Below are positions 39,101-53,575 of a stretch of DNA of 64,000 nt, one piece after another. The notes under the pieces were generated by a model that saw only the letters and a list, made by a program, of their open reading frames with translations, made no database searches and was not told the DNA's origin. The DNA comes from Octopus bimaculoides. Taxonomy: Eukaryota. How positions within the stretch are numbered: the stretch's first letter is position 1; each line of letters begins with the position of its first letter. The translations under genes were made by a program, and so were the position numbers. The DNA lies in contig NC_069004.1 of NCBI RefSeq assembly GCF_001194135.2, forward strand, positions 33,649,755 through 33,713,754. The letters are read 5' to 3'.

Positions 39101-40043
39101 TAATATATAAAGTAATAGTGAGAAAGGGTGAGAGAGGAATGAAGGGAGAGGGATACTTTCAATGTGGACTTCCTTCCACCCAGAGCCAAGCATCTACCCT
39201 CATCCCACCCGTATGTAATCTAAATAAAAGAAGAGGAAGTCTGTTGCATGTTTATAGTTCCATTATATTCGCTGGGAAACGTTGTTCATAGCCACAAAGC
39301 ATAACACACACACACGCACGCACACACACATATACACACACACACATATACACACACATCCACAATCTCAGAGGACAAGTGAGGAATGAACATGTAGCAA
39401 ATTTGTTATCTAAACACACATAAATATATTACATCTCACGTCTTCCCTATATATAAATACATGTATGTATGTGTATATGCACATGTGTGTATGTCTATAC
39501 ATACATCTGTGTATGTGTATTCACATATGTGCGTGTGTGTGTGTCAATGTGTCTGTGTGCATTATATATACTAAGCATATGTATAGGGAACGCATATATT
39601 GGTGTGTGTGGAGTATGTATGCTTGTATGAATGTATGTATGTATGTATGTATGTGTGTACGTGTGTATATATATATATATATTCTTTTACTTGTTTCAGT
39701 CATTTGACTGCGGCCATGCTGGAGCACCACCTTTAGACATATTCTATGTAAGCCTAGTACTTACTCTATCAGTCTCTTTTGGTGAACTGCTATGTTACGG
39801 GGGACATAAACACACCAGCATTAGTTGTCAAGCGATGAATGGGGNNNNNNNNNNNNNNNNNNNNNNNNNNNNCAGACACAGACACACATATCATCATCAT
39901 CATCATCATCATCGTTTAACGTCCGCTTTCCATGCTAGCATGGGTTGGACGATTTGACTGAGGACTGGTGAAACCGGATGGCAACACCAGGCTCCAGTCT
40001 GATTTGGCAGAGTTTCTACAGCTGGATGCCCTTCCTAACGCCA

Positions 40044-40083
<40 letters not shown>

Positions 40084-40265
40084 GAAGGGCTTCTTTCAGT
40101 TTCCTTCTACCAAATCCACTCACAAGGCTTTGGTCGGTCCGAGGTTATAGTAGAAGACACTTGCCCAAGGTTACACGCAGTGGGACTGAACCCGGATTCA
40201 TGTGGTTGGTAGGCAAGCTACTTACCACAGAGCCACTCCTGCACCTATACATTAGATATATATAA

Positions 40266-40336
<71 letters not shown>

Positions 40337-41544
40337 AAGAGAGAGAGGTGTAGATATGGCAATGTGGTAAGAAGTTTGTTTCCCATTCCCAGCCATGTCG
40401 TTTTGGGTTCAGTCCCAGTTCAGCCCCACTGCATGGCCCTTTGGGCAAGTGTCTTCGACCATAGCCTCATGCGAACCAAAGCCTTGCGAGTGGGTTTAGC
40501 TAAATATCTTTGCAGGTCAATGACAAAGCTTCTATATGGTAGCTTGAACTGCTAGAAATAGCTGCTAAACCTACCTCAATCCACACTTTAGATACATTGA
40601 AAATTCAAAAAAAGCATTGCATATAATATTATTCCTAGGTACATTATATCTGAAAGACAAGATGGTCACAGCTGGAAAGTCCTTTGATCATAACTGTACT
40701 TAATTAGGAGTGATTGGCTCAGGGCTAAACAACAGCAACAAATTGACATTTCTCTTTAATCAGTTTTTCCATTCCGTTGGATCCAATCCAATTTTAAGTG
40801 GAAGCGGTGGTGGGACAAAAAGGCTGTTGCTATAGCAACAGAATCTTGAGTGATGTTTATTAACTGTTTATAAATAAATAATTAACATTTTTTCTTTATT
40901 TTTTTTTGTATTAATTTCTTTCTTTTATCAATAAACACTTGATTTATTAACTTTTATATGATTTTGTTATGTTTTTCTTTTGTTTTACACGTAAATAGAC
41001 ATCGATACATACACACACATACATACACACACATACATACATGCCTGAAAACATACTCATATAATTACATACATACACAGATAAATATGCACATATACTT
41101 TCATATACACATATATACATACAGACACATACATAGATTCATACACAAGCAAACATATACATACACACACATATATAAATACATATACACACATGCATAC
41201 AGACATACGTATTACTCATACACATAGACATGCACAAACATACACATATACGTACACACATTCATTGATACATATACTCACACATATCAACATATACATA
41301 TACACACAGAGATTTATATATTCTATACAGGCACACACACATACATACACACAGATGCATATAGACACACACACACACACACACACTCATACAGATGCAC
41401 ACCCATGCAGTCACATACATAGATACATACACACACATTTATGCATATACACACAAATAAGTCTGAACATACGTTCATGCACACACACACGCATGCACAC
41501 GCACACACACGCACGCACACGCACACACACTCGCACACACACGT

Positions 41545-41580
<36 letters not shown>

Positions 41581-43162
41581 CACTCAGAGCAATGGGTCAC
41601 AAATTCAATTTAAACCAAAAGCCAAATTATATTACAACATTCATAATGAAGTCTTTAATTACTTCTAGTTAACAATAATCATTAGATTAAGACAAATTAA
41701 TGAAAGAGCCAATACATGGACGTTCAGCCTGCTAGAAATAGTAGCCAAATTTCTCCTGAAAATGATCTCACACGTCCTAACCTGATGACTCACAAAAAGG
41801 AAGGACATTAAACAATATAGAGTTGTTGTTTGGAAGCAAAAAGATGGGATGGTCATAATTGGAATGCATGTAACCATAGACAGGCTCTGGACAGTCAGAT
41901 ATGGGGTTAATAACAACAGCAATGAGATGTTGATGATGGTGATGATGATGATGACGATGATGATGATGATGTGCTGGTGGTGTCAATGATGATGGAGAAT
42001 GGAGGGGAGGTGACGATGATGGGNNNNNNNNNNTGGTGTCAATGATGATGGAGAATGGAGGGGAGGTGACGATGATGGGGGGGGGTGATTGTTGTGATGA
42101 TGATGATGATGGTGGAATAGTGATAACGATCACGATAATGATGATGGATGATGATGATGATGATGATGTGGTGGTGATGATGTATGATTGCTGTGGTGAT
42201 GGTGAGGGGGACGGTTGTAGTGATGACAAAGATGACGGGGATGATGAGGTTGGTGATGATGGTGATGATAATGTGTGGTAGTGGTGGTGGTGGTGGTGGT
42301 GGTGGTGGCAGCACTGTTAATTAACCCTAATCAGACAAAATTCATCTAATTTAAAAATCTCTGTGAATGGAGAGGTTACCTAAAGGGAAGAAATGATTCA
42401 GTTATTAAGATAGAATGAAGTGTTTGTTTAGCCCTAGGTCAGTCCTGATCCAGTAGACCCATTACCAAAAGTATTCCCGTAACTTAACAGTTCAGCAAAA
42501 GAGACTGATAGAATAAGTACCAGGTTTTACAAAAAGAAAACAATAAATAAATTAAAAGAATAAGTACTGGGGTTGATACGCTTGACAGAAATTCTTCAAG
42601 GTGGTGCCCCAGCTTGGCCACAGTCTCATGAATGAAACAAGTAAAAGATAAAAGATATATCTATTGTTTTTCTTTTTATACAGAGTCAGATTGAAGGCGG
42701 TTTAGCTTCTACTTCTAGTAGGTCAAGCGATAACGCTGAGGTGTCAAAACCAGTTCAGTATTGATGTATTGAAGATAAAGTCTCACCTCTCCTTGCCTGC
42801 TTGTTATGATGTGTTGAAGAGGGGACTAAGTAGGGGGTACGGGTGAGGAGCTTGGTCTACATTAGCAACACTTAATTCGACAAATAATTAAATAAACAAA
42901 TAAATGTAAAAAAAAAAAAGCAAGAGATGTTGGTTGGTGTGTGTTGAGTGTAGAGGAAATATTTAATGTGTTGTACAGGCCCCTCCATTGGGGTAAGTGA
43001 GGGGGAACATAAGTAAGTACTTCTTATGATAATAATCACCAAGTGAAAGAGGGTACCCAGCTGCAAACAACAACAACAATATATATATATGTATGTATAT
43101 ATATTATGGGTATGTACTTGCATAGCAAGTGACTTGATCTGAGATTGTGTGTTGAAAAACAA

Positions 43163-43441
43163 AAACAATTTCAGCGTGGAAGATGTTTGTAAGCCATTCA
43201 AGAACACACAAAAACCGTTAGATTCCCTTCAACATTTAAATTTCATTTGTGTCAAAATGTTTCCATCTCTTTGAAAGCACAACCTGTTCACTGACAGCAT
43301 GAAGTTTTGTCTGTGAACAGGTCGTGGTTTCAAAGACATGAAAATATTTTGACACAAATTAAATTCAAATGTTGAAGTGAAACTAACGGTTTTTGTGTGT
43401 TTTTAAATGGCTTACAAACATCTTCCACGCTGAAATTGTTT
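43163..43441. mobile_element. Foldback (long inverted repeat) element
   Basis: About 130-bp arms; outer 36 bp perfectly complementary, about a dozen scattered mismatches inside; short central loop near 43300. Confidence 0.85.
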
Positions 43442-45994
43442 ATATATATATTGAATGTAAATTGAAAACAGAGCATAAAGGATATCGCGGTAGACGTGTT
43501 TCAAGCTGTTTTCAATTTACGTTCAATATATTCTTTCACCTCTGCCACTATTTGGCATATACAGGTGCTTACACTTATCAAGTATCGCCTCTAAAATTTA
43601 CAGTACCTATATATATATATATATAAATCAAGAAAGGGGTGTCTCAAGGTTGTTGTTCAAGCTGCTAGAAATAGCAGCCGAACCTTCCTTAAATCATACT
43701 GTATTGTCTTAGAAGCAATAGAAAGATACAGTAAACTATGTAGGCTCAGGCATATTACGTCTGTAGGGGAAAAAGAAGGCATGGTCATGGCTGGAAAGTC
43801 ATTGATCCCAGGTCTGCTGGATCAGGTCTGGTATGGAGTTAAAATAATAAAAAAAATAGACAGATGACCATCACTTGTGAGTGAGTATGGCTTGGTCCTG
43901 TGGGTTCACTAATTGTTTAAGGAGCCTGGGGAGTCAGGACCAGGCATAAATAACTCCTTTGCTCATTCACCCTTGACCCAATAGGACATCAATGATATGA
44001 CAATGGGGGAGGGTTGCACCAGGGCCTGGTTGGTACTTATAGCAGCTGAGTAGGCTGAGGCAATATGAAATGAAGTGTCTTGTGCAAGGACACGATATAA
44101 ACACTTGATCCAGTTTTGGAAGTTGAAATTACACCATCACAATCATGTTAACCTTGAGGCTACACACAACTTCAAAGTTAAACAATAGCAACAGCAACAT
44201 TACCAACAACAATAACAATAAAAACCAACCCCAGCGAAAGAAGAAGCTTGTGTGTAATCATGCAACTTGCTAGAAATAGCAACCATCGATTGACAACTGA
44301 TGTTGGTGTGTTTACATTGTCGTTTAACATCTGCTTTCCATACTAGCATGGGTTGGACGATTTGACTGAGGACTGGTGAAACCAGTAGGCTGCACCAGGC
44401 TCCAACTGTCTGATTTGGCAGAGTTTCTACAGCTGGATGCCCTTCCTAACGCCAACCACTCCGAGAGTGTAGTGGGTGCTTTTATGTGCCACCGGCATGT
44501 CAGGCAGTACTGGCAACGGCCGTCCCCGTAATTTAGCAGTTCGGCAAAAGAGACCAATAGAATAAGTGCTAGGTGTACAAAGAATAAGTCCTGCGGTTGA
44601 GATGGTCATAGGTGGAATACTTTTGATCATAAGGTCTACTCAATCAGGTTTAACTTGCGGACAACAACAACAACAGCTGAAAGAAATGTGACCCAGGAGA
44701 ATAAAAAAGATCTTTTTTCCAGGGATACAGCAAAACATCTGTAGTGGGTTCAAACTCAGGAAATCAAGGGCAGTTAGTCTAATACCCTATCCACCCACCC
44801 AGCTTCCACCCAGCTTCCACCCAGTTGTCACAGCTACCCCACACCTCTCCATGTACATACCCTTAATTAAGAAGGGAGCAGCAGCAGCAGCAGCAGCAAC
44901 CACTTCCTGATTAGGGTAGTTAATAATTGGTTGTTTTATTTGTTAGAAATAGCAGTCAGGCACTGCGACATTAAGGCAGGTGCACATTGGAAAGTTAGCC
45001 AGGGGTCTCAGGGACCAAGGGACCCAATTCTGATCTATGCATGTTGTGGCTTGCCGTCAATAAATATACATTATAGGGTCCAATGCATGGATTTGTCCAG
45101 GGGTCTTTAATGCCTGTAGTCAGGTCTCCCTCGAACTGCACCTAAAAATGCCTAACAATAAAAGGGAAGGTTTATATTGGATAATGTAGTCCCCAGAGAG
45201 GGTTGGAAATGGAGTGGCGTTTGAATAGTGAGTTCCATTTGTACTGACCTGGGGCTAAAGAAGAATAGCAGCAGCAGTGACAAACACTTCCGGCTGGATG
45301 TAACTGTTGTTATAACCAGCATGAAACCCACCAACACATCCTGGCGACAATAATTAACAAAACCATTGAACCAATTAGAAAGATGAGGGGACCAGCCTCC
45401 ATGTCAGCAGCTGGAGTGGGGTGGGGTGGGGTGGGGTCGTAGGGTAGGGTTAGAAGGGGTGGTTGAAGTCAGTGGTGGTTGCTTGTTCTTTAACCCTTGG
45501 TCAGGTTTGATCCAGCATACATACACATATTGAATCTTATTGAATCACAAAATTATGATTTTATTACTTTTTATTTTTACATAAAGAATGCAATACTACA
45601 TGCATAAGCACAAGACACTCATGCATGTATGCACATACACGCACACACACACACACTGTACAACAGGCTTCCATATAGTTTCCGCCCATCAAATTCCACT
45701 CACAAAGCATTGGTCAACCTGAATCTAACATAAAAGATATTTTCCTCGTGTACTACACGGTGGGATTGAACCAGCAACCACGTAGATACGAACCAAACCT
45801 TTTCACTACACATTTACACCTGCATTTACGATGGCAATGTGTAATGCTTCTGAGGAATTAATATCTTGGAACATGTGTTGTGTTTGGAATTTTGGAATTT
45901 CTAAGATTGATAAAGAATTTCATCTCAACCACACCAGAAGCAATGTGGAACATATCAAAATGATAATTCTATAGGGTCATATATCTAGGTGCAG

Positions 45995-46057
<63 letters not shown>

Positions 46058-46729
46058 GTGTTTGTGTGTGCGTGTGTACAGGTTTGGTGATGCAAACAGG
46101 AAAAATAGAACTCAATACACAAGTATATACCACCACCACCACCACCACCGCTGCCGCTGCCGCCACCACCACCACCATCATCATTTAACATCTGCTTTCC
46201 ATGCTGGCATGGGTTGTACATTTTGACAGGAGCTGGGAAGGCAGGAGCCTGCACCAGGATTCAGTATCTGTTTTGGCATGAATTTTTTTTTAACAGCCGG
46301 ATGCATTCCCTAACACCAACCACCTTGCAGAGTGGACTGAGTGCTTTTTCTGTGGCACCAGCACAGGTAAGGTCAGTTTTGGCAAGGTTTTTAAAGCTGG
46401 ATGCCCTTCCAGACACCATCCACTTTACAGTGAGTGTACTTTAGGAAGGTCACCCAACTGCAGAAAGCTTATCAAAGTAGACATAAGCACAGGCATGGCT
46501 NNNNNNNNNNGAAAGCTTATCAAAGTAGACATAAGCACAGGCATGGCTGTGTGCTAAGAAGCTTGCTTCCCAACCACATGGTTCCAGGTTCAGTCTCACT
46601 GCATGACACCTAAGGCAAGAGTCTTCTACTATAGCCTTGGGCCAACAAAAGCCTCACGAGTGGATTTGGTAGACAGAAACTGAAATTTGCCTGTCATGTA
46701 CTGGTACTCGGTTGGTTACGAAGATGAGG

Positions 46730-46960
46730 GTTCCAGTTGATCTGATCAACAGAACAGCCTGCTCGTGAAATTAACGAGCATGTGGCTGAGCACTCCACAG
46801 ACACATGTAGCCTTAATGTAATTCCCAGCAAGATTCAGTGCGACACAGAGTGTGACAAGGTTGGCCCCATTGAATTACAGGTACTACTAATTTTTTTATC
46901 AGCTGAATGGACTGGAGCAGCGTGAAATGAAGTGTCTTGCTCAAGGACACAACACACCAC
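46730..46960 (-). mobile_element. tRNA-type SINE of a further family (gtgtccttgagcaagacactt core-like motif on minus)
   Basis: Homologous copy at about 52860-53105 and fragment near 44040-44100. Confidence 0.65.
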
Positions 46961-47357
46961 CAGGAATTGAAATAATTAACCTTATGATCATGAGCCGATG
47001 GCTTACCAATAAGCCACGGGCCTTTACGTTTGTTGTATATATGTACATGTGTGTGTGTGTGTGTGTGTGTTTATGACTGTGTTTGTCCCGCACCACCGCT
47101 TGACAACCAGTGTTGCTTTGTTTATGTCCCTGCAACTTGGCAGCAAGACAGACTGATAGAATAAGTACCAAGCTTAAAAGCAAAAACCCCAAAATAAGTC
47201 CTGTGGGAGGTCAATTCATACTTCAAGGTGGTGCCCCAGCTTAGCCACAGTCTAATGACTGAAACAAGTGAAAGATAAAAAGCCCTCCATGTCGTGTCAA
47301 CATGGAACATGGATGGTTGACAATGATGATTATGAGGATGATGATGATGATGATGTG

Positions 47358-47426
<69 letters not shown>

Positions 47427-47685
47427 NNNNNNNNNNTATCATAAATTGAAAAGGGGTTTCAGATTCACTCTGGTTTACGTTGAGCTAACCCCTAATCTCT
47501 CTGTCAGGGCCCCCTTATGTTTCTGTGCCCTTTTCTCCTCCCCTCCTTGCCGTTTTCACTAGAAAGACAACAATCATAGAAATTAGATCCTTTAACACCC
47601 CCTTGTTGTCACTATGTTGTTCCCTCCTGTTCCCTAGAACCCCACCCATTTTGGGGTGAGATCTACAATACTGTTAAGGAAGTGG

Positions 47686-47770
47686 TCCTTAAAGGAGGGG
47701 GAGAGAGGTGGAAGATAAAGGGGAGAAGGAGGAGGTAGAAAGAGGGAGAGAGAGAGAGAGAGGGAAAGAG

Positions 47771-47809
<39 letters not shown>

Positions 47810-48035
47810 GAAAGAGAAAGACAAAGAAAGAGAGAGAGATAAGAGTGAGACAAAGAAAAAAGAGAGTAAGAAAGAGAGACAGAGATAAAGAGAGGAGAGA
47901 GAGAGAGTGATAAAGAAAAGGAAAGACAGAATGAGAAAAAGAGAGAGACAGAGAGAGAAAGAGGAAGAGTGTGAAAGAAAAATAGTGAGAGAAAGAGAGG
48001 GAGAGAGAAAGAAAACAAGACAGACAGACAGACAG
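47686..48035. repeat. Long (AG/AAG)-rich polypurine tract
   Basis: Directly visible, about 350 bp almost free of pyrimidines. Confidence 0.9.
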
Positions 48036-48840
48036 GGAAACTCCAATTTTCATTCATAAACCCTTTCCTTTTTATTTCTTTTTTACTTATTCGTTTATTT
48101 ATTTGTTTATTTTTGGTAAGCTAAATTGATCCCAAAAGAAATTAACTTCAACTTTTTTTCTTTCCCCATTTGTCTTATATTTTTTCTTTCTTTTTTTTTC
48201 TTTTTCACCTTTTTCTACTTCAAGATGAAAATGAAACCAGAGCCTCAGGAGTGTTTAAATAGGCGGATTAATAAACAGCATCACCACGATCATCATTGTC
48301 GTCATCACCACTAACACCACCACCACCACCAACAACNNNNNNNNNNNNNNNNNNNNNNNNNNNNNNNNNNNNNNNNNNNNNNNNNNNNNNNNNNNNNNNN
48401 NNNNNNNNNNNNNNNNNNNNNNNNNNNNNNNNNNNNNNNNNNNNNNNNNNNNNNNNNNNNNNNNNNNNNNNNNNNNNNNNNNNNNNNNNNNNNNNNNNNN
48501 NNNNNNNNNNNNNNNNNCCCGAAAGTTAAATACATTTTAGATCATATATCTTGCATTTAAAATGGTTCTCATCTGGATTAACCTTGACTCCAGCGCCCAC
48601 ACTGCCACCACCACCACCACCACCACCACCACGCATAAGTACCGAACTGGCAGAAGCATAAGAGCACTGGCAAGAAATGTCTTGCCATAGTTATTCCATA
48701 CTTATTCTAGCGTCTTGCGTTTGGAGTTCAAATCTCACCAAGGTTGACATTGCTTTCCATTCTCCATGGGGCTGGTAATTAATGAAGCAATCTAGGAGAG
48801 TGAGCTGGCCAGAACCATTTAGGGTTCGAAATTTCCCCAA

Positions 48841-48886
48841 GACACCCGTTGAAAGCTGGAGGGTGTATCAGCTGAAACGTTGTGTT
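48841..48886 (+). ncRNA. Degenerate type I minimal hammerhead-like motif (second family)
   Basis: Stem I gacac/gtgtt, core CCGTTGA-A, stem II agctgg/tcagct, GAAAC-GTT; core deviates at two conserved positions, so likely inactive. Confidence 0.45.
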
Positions 48887-49603
48887 AACAACAAACAAGA
48901 TGAGGACAAATATCCGTCAAATGTAAATAATGTACATAATGTACATAATTCCTCATCTCTTAAATATAGAACTGTTTCAGATTACTTTGTCAAATCTAAT
49001 GCTTATTTATTCATGTTCTTTTAAATCAATCATTCATTATCAAATAATTTAAAAATTTCAATGACGCTTTCCTTTATATTTAGAATGACAATGTAGGAGG
49101 GTGCAAGAGGCTGGACCTGGCCAGTTTCAACATAAAACAGGTTGAGTATTTGGTCCCAATATGGCCTGTTTAAATGCTAAAGGGTTAACATTTTACTGGA
49201 GTTCACTCTGTTGTGAGCATTTGAATGAAGTCTCTGGCCTGAGAATCCTTTTCTCCCTCCTGCCTAGCTTTCTCGGAGACCCTGAATAGCAGTTGTGCGC
49301 ACGGCCCCACCCTTCCTCTTGACTAAGCAAAAAGAAGAAAACCTGGCCGGATTGCAACAGAATAAACTCTGCTAGTGATATCAAATGTGGTTGGTGGTGA
49401 TAAATCAAGAGGTGAATTAAGTGTACCCCTAGATAGGTACTTTATTTATCAACCCTGCAAAGACGAAAGGGGAGGTTTGAATTTTACAGAAAACTGAAAC
49501 AAACAGCACAGGGCATTCTATCTGATGCTCCAACGACCCTGTCATTTGGCTGCCGGTTTAATACAGGGCCAATTAAATGGTAGCGTACATCACAACATTT
49601 ACA

Positions 49604-49758
49604 TAATCCTAATCCTAACCCTAATCCTAACCTTAGTCTTAACCTTAACCCTAGCCTAAACCCTAATCCTAATCCTACACTTAACCCAAATCCTAAACCC
49701 AATCCTAACCCTAATCAAAACCGTAACCCTACTCTAATCCTAACCCTAATCCTAAACC
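49604..49758. repeat. Degenerate telomere-like (CCCTAA/TCCTAA)n tract
   Basis: About 25 imperfect hexamers ctaacc/ctaatc. Confidence 0.8.
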
Positions 49759-50364
49759 TGTTTCTTTGGGTTAGAAATTAGGGATTAGAAAGAATCCAAA
49801 AATCCACCTTGTGGTAGTTAGACATGTATCTTTACATTCTGTGTTCAAATCCCACCAAAGTTCCATGTTGTCTTTTGTCCTTTCAGGGGTTGAAAAAAAT
49901 AAGCAGGAAATTGTTGGGGAAGAAAGCGGAGGGGTAGGGGTCAATATAGTCTGCAATATTCTTGAAAGCAATGCCTAAACACTGCCGCAGTTGCGGTAAA
50001 AGAGAAAGCTGTAGGGAGGTGGGGGTTGTGGAGGAGGGTGCTCTACTTTTCGGTTGGTTGATCTACTATAAATAGCAACCAAAGCATTCAACTCAAACTG
50101 TGTTCCACTGAATTAAAAAGAATTTTAAGGAAAGAAACATCGAATAACGGAGTCTCGGATAGACGATGCCAGCGAAAATTGAAGACAGGATGGTCATCGT
50201 TGGAATGCTTTTTGACAAGAAGCCTGTCCAGAGACTAAACAACAATTAGTGAAAGGGAAAAAGAATGAAAGCAGCAACATCATCATCATCATCATCAGTA
50301 GTAATAGTAGTAGCATCATCAGCAGCAGTAATGGTAGTAGTAGTAGTAGTAGCAGCAGTAGTAA

Positions 50365-50396
<32 letters not shown>

Positions 50397-52065
50397 CTAG
50401 TAGTAACTGTAGTCGTAGTATAGTAGTAGTAGAGGAGGAGGAAGAGGGAGAGGAGGAAGTAGGTAAAGTTCTGTGATACCATTAACTCTACCTTCACCAA
50501 CATTGAAGCCATGTTAAGTGAGAGGGTGGTGGTGGTGGTGGTGGTGGTGGCCACGGTTGAGGGGGGGGGACGTACACAACAGCCAAGGAATAAGACTGGT
50601 TCTTGTATTCTTCTACCCAGGTGTCTTNNNNNNNNNNNNNNNNNNNNNNNNNNNNNNNNNNNNNNNNNNNNNNNNNNNNNNNNNNNNNNNNNNNNNNNNN
50701 NNNNNNNNNNNNNNNNNNNNNNNNNNNNNNNNNNNNNNNNNNNNNNNNNNNNNNNNNNNNNNNNNNNNNNNNNNNNNNNNNNNNNNNNNNNNNNNNNNNN
50801 NNNNNNNNNNNNNNNNNNNNNNNNNNNNNNNNNNNNNNNNNNNNNNNNNNNNNNNNNNNNNNNNNNNNNNNNNNNNNNNNNNNNNNNNNNNNNNNNNNNN
50901 NNNNNNNNNNNNNNNNNNNNNNNNNNNNNNNNNNNNNNNNNNNNNNNNNNNNNNNNNNNNNNNNNNNNNNNNNNNNNNNNNNNNNNNNNNNNNNNNNNNN
51001 NNNNNNNNNNNNNNNNNNNNNNNNNNNNNNNNNNNNNNNNNNNNNNNNNNNNNNNNNNNNNNNNNNNNNNNNNNNNNNNNNNNNNNNNNNNNNNNNNNNN
51101 NNNNNNNNNNNNNNNNNNNNNNNNNNNNNNNNNNNNNNNNNNNNNNNNNNNNNNNNNNNNNNNNNNNNNNNNNNNNNNNNNNNNNNNNNNNNNNNNNNNN
51201 NNNNNNNNNNNNNNNNNNNNNNNNNNNNNNNNNNNNNNNNNNNNNNNNNNNNNNNNNNNNNNNNNNNNNNNNNNNNNNNNNNNNNNNNNNNNNNNNNNNN
51301 NNNNNNNNNNNNNNNGGCTTGAAGAGGATGTGCGAGTGTTGGTTAGGGGGCTGGGGAGTGGAGAATGTTTGGCACACGGTAAGGAAGGAGGAGATACGCT
51401 GAGGGTGGAGGGGGATAAGCGGGGGGGGCAGGGTTGTCCGGATGAAGAAAGGGGTAGAAGGGAAATAGGGTAATTGTGGTTAGTGTGTGTGTGTGTGGGG
51501 GTGAACAACGGGTATGAGGGGGGGCGTATGCAAAGGACTGAAGTGTGAACAGATTTAGAGATTTCACGCGTATATTCATCCGTAGACATCGTTCGTGTAC
51601 ACGGGACCAAAACACACACACACACACACATACACACACACTATTATATGCTCGCACAGACACACAAACATCACCACCACCACCACCACCACCAACGAAA
51701 AGGATGGCGGGAGGAGGAGGAGGAGGGGTGATACAGTCTCTTTGAAGCAGATAGACAAAGGTGAGAGGGAGGACAGAGAGAAAGAGAAGGGTAGAGATGA
51801 ACAGAGGGGGAAAAAAACGGCTACTGTGATCACCAGAGGTGGAGCGAAGGATTTTGATAACAATAACCAGCATATAACAGAATATAACATTATTTGGGGA
51901 TTTGATTGGTAATAAACAGATGGCTTTTAATCAACTTCAAATAAATAGTTTGAGACATCCTAATTTGGTAACAATAACTATTTGATAATATTGTCTGTGA
52001 TTACAATAAACGGATTCATATATGTATATACGTCATATACACCAAATATGCCCGGCGTGCTAACG

Positions 52066-52301
52066 ATTCTTATTTCCTTATTGCCCACAAGGGGCTAAAC
52101 ATAGAGGGGACAAACAAGGACAGATGAACGGATTAAGTCGATTACATCAACCCAGTGCGTAACTGGTACTTAATTTATCGACCCCCGAAAGGATGAAAGG
52201 CAAAGTCGACCTCGGCGGAATTTGAACTCAGAACGTAGCGGCAGACGAAATACCGCTAAGCATTTCGCCCGGCGTGCTAACGTTTCTGCCAGCTCACCGC
52301 C
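52066..52301 (-). mobile_element. Young Meta-type tRNA SINE
   Basis: Minus: ggcggtgagctggcagaaacgttag (A box), gagttcaaattcc (B box, 52217-52229), central gcctttcatcctttcggggg-tcgataaattaagtaccag domain; intact CpGs. Meta-domain assignment is from memory. Confidence 0.8.
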
Positions 52302-52678
52302 TTCCCTTTGTTAAATAATGAAGACTCTTTCTGTTATCACAGATCAATATCTAAAAATCGATAGCTTATCAACTGTATCAATATCAAAGTCTTCAATTAA
52401 CAATTTTAATCTAAATGAAACACCGAACCAGTTCAAGTGGTTCTTTATAATGACTTTGGATTATCGATAGATTATCAGATTTATCTTTACTATTTATCCT
52501 GTGCTTGTTTCAGTCATTGGAGTACAGCCGTTGCTGGTGCATCGCCTTGAAGGGTTGTTAGTCAGACAAATCGACTCCAGTACTTTTTTTTGCTGAAGAC
52601 TGATACATATTCTGTCGGACCTCTTTGCCGAACCACTAAGTTACAGGGACCAGCTGTCAAGCAGTGATGGGACACAAA

Positions 52679-52723
<45 letters not shown>

Positions 52724-53526
52724 GCATCTATATATATGCGACAAGCTTCTTTCAGTTTCCATCTGTCAAATTCATTCACAAGGCTTTGTTCGGCCCGAGG
52801 CTATATCAGAAGACACTGGGCCAGGGACTGAACACGGAACCCTGTGACATCGTTCATCTTCCAAGAGCTTGAGACACAAAGAATTTCACAAAAGGATGTC
52901 CATCACTTAACGTAGTTCTCAGGAAGATTTAACGTGACACAAAATGTGACAAGGCTGGCCCCTTTCTAATTACAGGTACACCTCATTTTTGCCAGCTGAG
53001 TGGACTGGAGCAATGTGAAGTAAAGCGTCTTGCTCAAGGACACAACGCGCCGCTGGAAATCGAACTCATGGCCTTACGATCGTGAGACGAATACCCCTAA
53101 CCACTCAGCCCCACGCCTTACACACACACACACACACACACACACGTGTGTCTTTGTTTATTCCCCATAACTTAGCGGTTTGGTAAGATATCGACAGAAT
53201 AAGTAGCAAACTTCAAGGGAAAAGCATAAATATTGGGGGCAATTTGTTTAACTGAAACCCTTCAAGGTGGTACCCCAGCATGGCCACAGCCCAGGGAATG
53301 AAACAAATAAAACATAACCCCCCCCCCAGATTTATATTCACGTCTGTGTATGTTACCCTGACCTTTGACATATGTGAATCATTTACAACTTGCCTCGTGG
53401 CGGACGTGTCTAAACCTGGTGGAGATTTTTAAAATTCTTTCAGTTAGCTTACTGTCAAGGATTGGCGATGAGTTTCGGAGGCGAGGCAATTGTCAAAGTA
53501 AACCGTCCTAATACACACACACACGC

Positions 53527-53569
<43 letters not shown>

Positions 53570-53575
<6 letters not shown>

